From Mobula hypostoma (taxonomy: Eukaryota), in contig NC_086118.1 of the NCBI RefSeq assembly GCF_963921235.1, positions 28,894,001 to 28,958,000 on the forward strand: DNA of 64,000 bases, given 5' to 3'. The position numbers and the translations under genes are program-made. Positions 62,637 through 64,000 of this stretch are shown piece after piece. The notes under the pieces are model-generated. The model searched no databases. It was not told the DNA's origin and saw nothing but the letters and a program-made list of their open reading frames with translations. The first letter of the stretch is position 1, and the number at the start of each line of letters is the position of its first letter.

Positions 62637-63205
62637 GAATTCTGAACTTAGAACATAGAACATAGAAATCTACAGCACATTACAGGCCTTTCAGCCCACA
62701 GTGTTGTGATACTCTAGAAACTGCCTAAAATTACCCTACCACATCGCCCTCTGTTTTTCTAAGCTCCATGTACTTATCTAAGAGTCTCTTAAAAGACCCT
62801 AAACACAAAATAAATTGCAGATGCTGGGATTAAAGCAACACTCATAGCACGCTGGAGGAACGATGAGTCGACGTTTCCACTGATGCTGCCCGACCTGCTG
62901 AGTTTCTCCAGCATGCTGTGAGTGTTTCTTAAAAGACCCTATTGTATCCACCTCCACCACCATTGCTGGCAGTGCATTCCATGCACCCACCACTCTCTGT
63001 GTGAAAAATTTACCCCCTGGCATCCCCTCTCTACCTACTTCCAAGCACCTTAAACTATGCCCCCTCATGTTAGCCATTTCAGACCTGGAAGAAGCCTCTC
63101 ATCGTCTTTTACATCGCTATCAAATTCACTCAACCTATTCTCATAAGGCACACTCTCCAATCCAGACAACATCTTTGTAAACCTCCCCTGCACTCTTTCA
63201 TGTCT
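62637..63205 (-). mobile_element. CR1 3' fragment with nested mini-Penelope (62802-62926)
   Basis: tagaacatagaacatag tail; FFTQRVVGAWNALP; insert flanked by 15-bp tcttaaaagacccta (62787-62801 / 62927-62941). Confidence 0.88.
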
Positions 63206-63515
63206 TTCTGAACTTGCATGTTTTTCTGTTTCAAAAATGCAGAAGTTCAAGACATATTGCAGGTAGTATGTTGAAATGGAACCCTGATTTTCCACATGTT
63301 AGCATGGCAGTAACTGGACTTTGACTAATTGAAAACAAAACTACAGATCCTGGAAATCTGAAATAAAATCGGAAACACTCGGGAAACTCAATGTCAGGTA
63401 GCATCTGTGGAGAGTGAAAACACAGAGTTAACTCAGTGAATGATCCTTCTGTTTCTGCACTGAAATTAAAAATTTAAATTCTTATTTAAGTGACTGTCAT
63501 CGATTTCAGTGTTAT

Positions 63516-63538
63516 AATCTAATCTAATCTAATCTAAT
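63516..63538. repeat. (AATCT)n microsatellite
   Basis: aatctaatctaatctaatctaat. Confidence 0.8.
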
Positions 63539-64000
63539 ATTGCCTGATGAAATGAAAGGCACTATGGGAAAATGAGCCGGTCACGGTTATGGTGAAGATA
63601 GTCACTGCAACTGACACAAAGTAGAACTCATAGATAAATATATAGGATGTAGGAGATATATATACAGTATATTAGCTATTTGACCAACCATCAAAAAAAT
63701 TGAAAATAACTATTATTGATGTATATTTGCCAACCCAGAAATGGTCTTGCCATGGATCACTTTTTAAAATGCAGGGAGTGCAGCCAAAAATAGAAAGCAT
63801 TTTGTACACCACAAATCTCACGAACAACAATAAGGTGAATGACAGTATATATTTGGCTGTGGTTTTCAAAGGGAGCACCCATTAAAGGACTCTGTTCTTC
63901 AATTGTTCTACTTCATGACTGTAATTAATAGTATAGCATTAAGCATAATTCATGAGGCTTCAACCTGGGTGAATTCACAATACTGTACCTTTCTTCTGAA

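Overview
Vertebrate non-genic or deep intronic DNA, AT-rich and repeat-dense. The repeat families (CR1/HER1-type LINEs, V-SINE/HE1-type SINEs, DeuSINE-like relics, Penelope elements with hammerhead motifs, Rex1/Babar LINEs, Tc1/mariner, Tigger, hAT MITEs) point to a cartilaginous fish, probably a ray; this is inference. I found no intact host gene, and most ORFs in the track are TE fragments or noise. The main find is a structurally complete Gypsy LTR retrotransposon at 10534-13430 (minus strand) with both LTRs, PBS, PPT, gag, protease and a probable 4-bp TSD. Its RT/RNaseH/integrase core has been replaced by a ~0.55-kb intronless piece of host RBM25 mRNA (RRM region), i.e. LTR-mediated gene capture. 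Also notable: a collapsed Gypsy element (LTR + PBS + LTR stub), a palindromic mariner MITE built from two 3' ends with internally amplified TIR motifs, and several mini-Penelope insertions with hammerhead cores and long TSDs. All family calls are by-eye recognition; no database searches were run.
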